From the human T2T-CHM13v2.0 reference genome, Homo sapiens, in assembly GCF_009914755.1 (NCBI RefSeq), contig NC_060930.1: a DNA stretch of 64,000 nucleotides; one strand, written 5' to 3'. Each line of letters opens with the position of its first letter. Position 1 is the stretch's first letter. A program made the position numbers and the translations under genes. The notes below the pieces were generated by a model that worked only from the letters and a program-made list of their open reading frames with translations, did no database searches and was not told the DNA's origin. Shown here in pieces: positions 57,470 through 64,000 of the stretch.

Positions 57470-58320
57470 ACTCCCTCCCAAACAGGTAACTGCTCTAATG
57501 TGTTTGATATACATTCTCAAATTTATATGTATCTTTAGAAACATGTAGTGTCATTTTTTTGTGTATACTTTTAAATTTACATAAATGGAACCTATTCATT
57601 TTCTTCTGTTTTTCACAAAGCATTACACTTTTAAGATCTATGTTGTTTCTAACTACCATGTGGTATTCAGTAGTATGCCTCCACAACCTTATTTTAGTAT
57701 AGTCCTCTAATAATGGACAACAATGTTGCTTCCAGTTCCCTGCCTTCATAAACAATGTTGTGAAAAAACATATTATCTTACATTCTTTTATAAAATTTTT
57801 ATCTCCCCCTTTCTCTTTAAGAGTGAGATCAGATAATCATATGATATATGCACAATGACTTTGCCAGATTTTTCTTCAAAATGGCAGAAGCCAAATATGA
57901 AGAAATACTCATTTATCCATTAACAATTAATATTATCAAAATCAGCAATTTTTTCCCATATGATGGATGTAAAGTAGTATCTCATTGTTAAATTTATTTT
58001 CTATTTACTGAGATAATATACTAATTATCCATATATTTTCCATCTTTCTAGGTTTTTAGTCTTGCTGATTCTAGGAGTTTCTTCCATAGTACCTTTATCA
58101 TTCCTTTGTCTGTTTCTTATGTCTGTTCAATTCATCTATTTGTCTATTACGACTGACATTTGAATCAGGATTGCAGTTAATTTATAGAGTAAGTTCAGGA
58201 TAGTTGACATATTTACATTGTTAAGTCACTTCATCTAAATGCAGTTCTCCATTTATTCAGGTCTTATTTAATTTTATTTAGTAAGGTTTTAAATTTTCTC
58301 CCTAGAGGACTTAGACATTA
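57470..58320 (-). mobile_element. Degraded L1ME fragments
   Basis: Reverse L1 3' UTR-like text (tggtattcagtagtatg; gtagtatctcattgtt). Confidence 0.55.
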
Positions 58321-58699
58321 ATGATATCTAATATGTGGTTTTCTTTCTAGAAGTTGACAGTATTAACTAATTTAACGTACTTGTTCAATATTATCTCTGT
58401 TTATGCCCTTTATGTCTGCAATGCTGATAAACTTCTCAAGACATGAAGTATGTTTAACTCAATCTGTGCAGTGTCTACACAACTCCGTGTGAAGATAGAT
58501 ATTGCTATGTACTTTTGATTAAATGATTCCCTATTTTTTATCTTACAAAATGTTTCTAACAAAATGATCAATTATAAGATTTAGTTACTTTTAGAACAAG
58601 TAGTTGCCAAATCAACGATAATAGACTTAAGTAGTAAAATAATATAACCCCTCATTTATATTACAAACATTTAATAACTTCCTACTATGTGCCAGGCTA

Positions 58700-60450
<1,751 letters not shown>

Positions 60451-60479
60451 GCTCTAGAAATAGAAGAAGAATGAAAGAG

Positions 60480-63300
60480 ATGAATTCCCTGCCTTCATCC
60501 TGGTTGGGGCATGCAAGCGAAGAAATATATAAAGATATGGTTCAGATTGTTTAAGGGCACTAAAAGTAAGGAAGTGATGTGATGCCGAGTACACGAGTAG
60601 AGGTGCTTTAAGTGCAATTCTCAGGGAAGTCTTCTCTGAGGAAGTTACAGCTTAATCTGAGACATGAAGAATGCATAAAAGTAGCCAATTAAAGAACTAA
60701 GGGAAGAGCAGCCCAGACAGAGAAAGAAAGGATTTCATCAGTCTGAGACAAAAAGGGTTTGAATGTTTGGGAACCAAAGAGGCCCGTGTGCCCGCAATAG
60801 AGCAGTCATGCAGAAAGTAGTGCTAGAGGAGGTTGGAGAAGTGGCCAGAGGAGCAAGGGCCTTGATGGCCACCATTTGGGCTAAAATGAAAGTCCAGTGG
60901 GGAGCCCCTGAAGGTCTGAAGTGAGGCAATATATAATCTGATTAAGATGTTAGAAACTGACTCTGGGTGCTGTGTGGAAGATGGATTGCTTGCACCTCTC
61001 CATCAAACTTGCCTGGCCAAACCCCAAACCTGGTCAAATCTAAATCTCTATTCACTTTTCACCTGTACCTGAGCAATGAAACATGGATGGAGAAAAATCA
61101 CTGGATCAAGCTGACTGATCTCTCTTTATGACCTAAATCTTCAAGTGGCTTTTAGTCATGCCATATTTTAAAATATAATTTCCCACTATAGTTTTATAAT
61201 TTCCTAGTTAATTCACCTTCCTACTCTCTTAAATAACTATTTTGCATCTCCTCTTTCCTTTGACCTTGAACATTTGTCTGCTATCCATTTTTTCAGCTGA
61301 TAATTATCTTGCTTGCTATTTCAACCAAAAGTGAGCTTCCACATCTCTGGTCATATTTGCCAATCTACTACAAACTGAGCCTCCTGCCTTCCCTCCAATT
61401 GCAATGGATAAATTGTCTGGTTTACTACCTAAGACCACTATCTCCATCTGAGCTCTGCATTTCCTCTTTCTTGACTACTTGTGTACCTTGCTACAGCAGA
61501 TGACTTCTGTCTTCCTGAGTCATCAGTCACCATCTGTAGCACTCTAGTTAGGTGTTCACTCCCTTCATTTTACTGAAGTTTCCTTTTTCAAGATCATCAA
61601 TGACCTCCACATTGTCAGTATAATTCTCATTTCTTAGACTTCATCTCACTCATCTTCTCAGCAGCATTTAACAGAGTTCATTATGCCCTTCTCATTGAAA
61701 TGCTTCTCTCACTTATCCTCCAGGGACCACCTTATCTTGGTTCTCCTATTTCACTGGCCACCCTTTCTTTTAATAACAGTATTTAAATACTGTACAAATA
61801 CTGATTAGCTCCAATTAGAAGAGCCACCTGACTTCTCCTTCACATCTTAGACTCATATCCAACAACCACTCAACATCACTATCTAGTTAACAGTTATTTC
61901 AAACTTGGGATGTCCCACTGAGCTCCTATTCCTCCCCCAATCCACCCATACAAATCCATTCCACCTGCAGTATTCATGATCTCAGTAACACTATAATTAC
62001 ATTTTTTTTTCAAGTCAAAAACCTTGGAATATGCTTGGCTTTTCTATTGTCTTGTCCATCAGTAAAATCTAACTTGTCTATTGCCACAATTCTAGTTCAA
62101 GTCATCATTATCTTTTGCCTATACTCTCCTAATTGGTGTCCCTGGTTCTGCTTTTGTCTCTCTACAGGATACTTTATAGCAGCCCAGGTGATTTATCTAA
62201 AACATAATTTTAATAATATCTGCTTTAAGTTTTCCAAGGGCTTCCTACTTCACTCTCAATAAAAATAAAAATCCTTGCCTTGACTTCCAATAAATGATCT
62301 GGTCCCACGCCACCTTTCTTACCTCCTTTTCTAACAGGCTTCCCTTCCCATCCTACCTCTCAACTCCACTTCAGTAGCACTAGGCTTCTTGTTCCTTGAA
62401 CAGAGAAAGCATACTTCTAATTTAGGGGCTTTATCACCTGCAGCTCCCTCCATCTGGAATGCTCTTATTTCAGATTTTTGTACGGCTTAGTTCCTCACTT
62501 TTTTCAGGGTTCTGCTTGAATATCATCTTATCTTGAGGACATTCCCTTAACACTCTTTAACTCACAGGCAAAGATGGAGAATCAAACATGTGCATTTCCC
62601 TTAGCACCCTCTTCAACATCCACTAAATGGCAGTTAATGATTGTATTTTAAGCCTATAAACTCACAAAGACAAAAAGAACAAAGAAGACTCTAATGACAA
62701 AATTTTGGAAGGTGGAGAGAAGAGATAACAAAACACACACACATACACAACACACACACACACACACACACACCATGACTATCCATTCCTCTTACCTAGC
62801 TTTATTTTTCTTAATAGCACTTCACCTAGATAAATGTAAGTAAATATAAACACAAGATATATATTGATTTTTACATTTGTTTGTTGTCGCTTCCTTTTTG
62901 CTTCCAGAACATAAGCTGCATGATAGCAATCTTTTCAGTTTTGTTTTGGTGTTGCATTCTCAAGCTTTGGAATCATAGCAGAATCAAATTCAGTATAAAT
63001 TTTTGACTGAATAACTGAGGTGGACTGGATGAGTGTAGTTTGTGTGAGGTGTGGGGTTGTGGGAATCAAGTGTTCAATTTTGAATGTTAACTTGAGGTGT
63101 CTATTAGACATCTAAGTGATGATATCAAGTGAAATCCGCATATCTGAGGCTAAGTCATGGCTAAAATTATAAATTTTAGAGTCATCAACATTGGCTCTAA
63201 AGAAGATCACCTGGGGGGACTATGAACATGAAAAGAGAAAAAGCCAAGCTCCAAGCCTTGGAGGACAACACCATTTAGAGATCAGGCAGAGCAGAGGTCT
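60480..63300. mobile_element. Cluster of L2 fragments in both orientations, with (CA)n at about 62733-62773
   Basis: L2-like motifs (atcaatgacctccacattg; cagcagcatttaacagagtt; ttgaggtgtctattagacatctaagtg). Confidence 0.6.
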
Positions 63301-63474
63301 TTGAACCTTATAATTATACACTACAATTTGTAAGAAGAAGAAAAACTAATTTAAACTAAGCAATGTGATATGTAGATATTTATCTATAAATAATATATAT
63401 GTATCTTTGCACAAATATATTATGTACATTACAAAATACACAGACACAGATATTAAAAAAGAATGAGCTGAACA

Positions 63475-64000
63475 ACTTCCAGTTAAAGAGGAAGTATTGA
63501 ACACATGCATTTTTCAGCTCCCTGCTAAAGGCCCACTACAATGATAGTAAATGGATTTTAAAAAATAAGGTATAAACCCACAAGGACAAAGAGAACAGCA
63601 GACAAACAATACCACCAAAATATAGGAAGCTGTAAAGAAGAAAGACAAATAACAACTGACTCACAGACTCAGGAAAGCTGAGGCTGCAGTGGAGAAAAAG
63701 CAGAGATACAACCTGATTTACAATACAGAATCAGCCATGCCCCTGCCCCCTTGCAAAGGCTCAGAAATTGTTTCTGGCACTTCTGCTAGTGGAGGTTAAT
63801 GTTGGGCAATAATAGACTTAGCTGAATGTCTGTTTGAGAAGCAGATACATCCACAGACACCCCCACCACTCTACACTACCAAGTGACTAACCTCTACCAG
63901 GCAGCAACAGCCTGGAGACTTATTTTCTGAAGAGGGTTAAGAGGGGATCTTGCTTGCAGAACAACAGGCACACGTGAATGGGAATTCCAAGTGGAAAGCA
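63475..64000 (+). mobile_element. HAL1/L1M-type 5' end
   Basis: acttccagttaaaga...cccactacaatgatagtaa...ataaacccacaaggacaaagagaac. Confidence 0.55.

Overview
Primate genomic DNA, almost certainly human (Alu J/S/Y, THE1, MLT2A elements). It contains the 5' end of PHIP (BRWD2/DCAF14/RepID) on the minus strand, recognised from the spliced N-terminus [146 protein letters not shown]. Six coding exons (40, 59, 30, 60, 151 and 99 nt, all with GT-AG introns) were mapped by hand. Exons 1-4 lie in a CpG island at about 26.65-28.5 kb. Intron 4 is 16.6 kb, and intron 6 runs off the left edge. The right 35 kb is repeat-rich upstream DNA (Alus, L1, L2, CR1, MaLR/ERVL solo LTRs, Charlie1, a 0.7 kb polypyrimidine tract) with no other credible coding gene. 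I cannot support a wholly new biological system. The best leads are post-transcriptional features of PHIP: stop-free, frame-preserving retention of introns 1-3; a hairpin-containing 8-aa uORF; a candidate 26-nt frameshifting microexon in intron 6; inverted Alus flanking exons 5-6 (circRNA geometry); and a possible internal promoter and a proximal poly(A) signal in intron 4. Repeat subfamily calls are from memory of consensus sequences, and repeat boundaries without a TSD are approximate.
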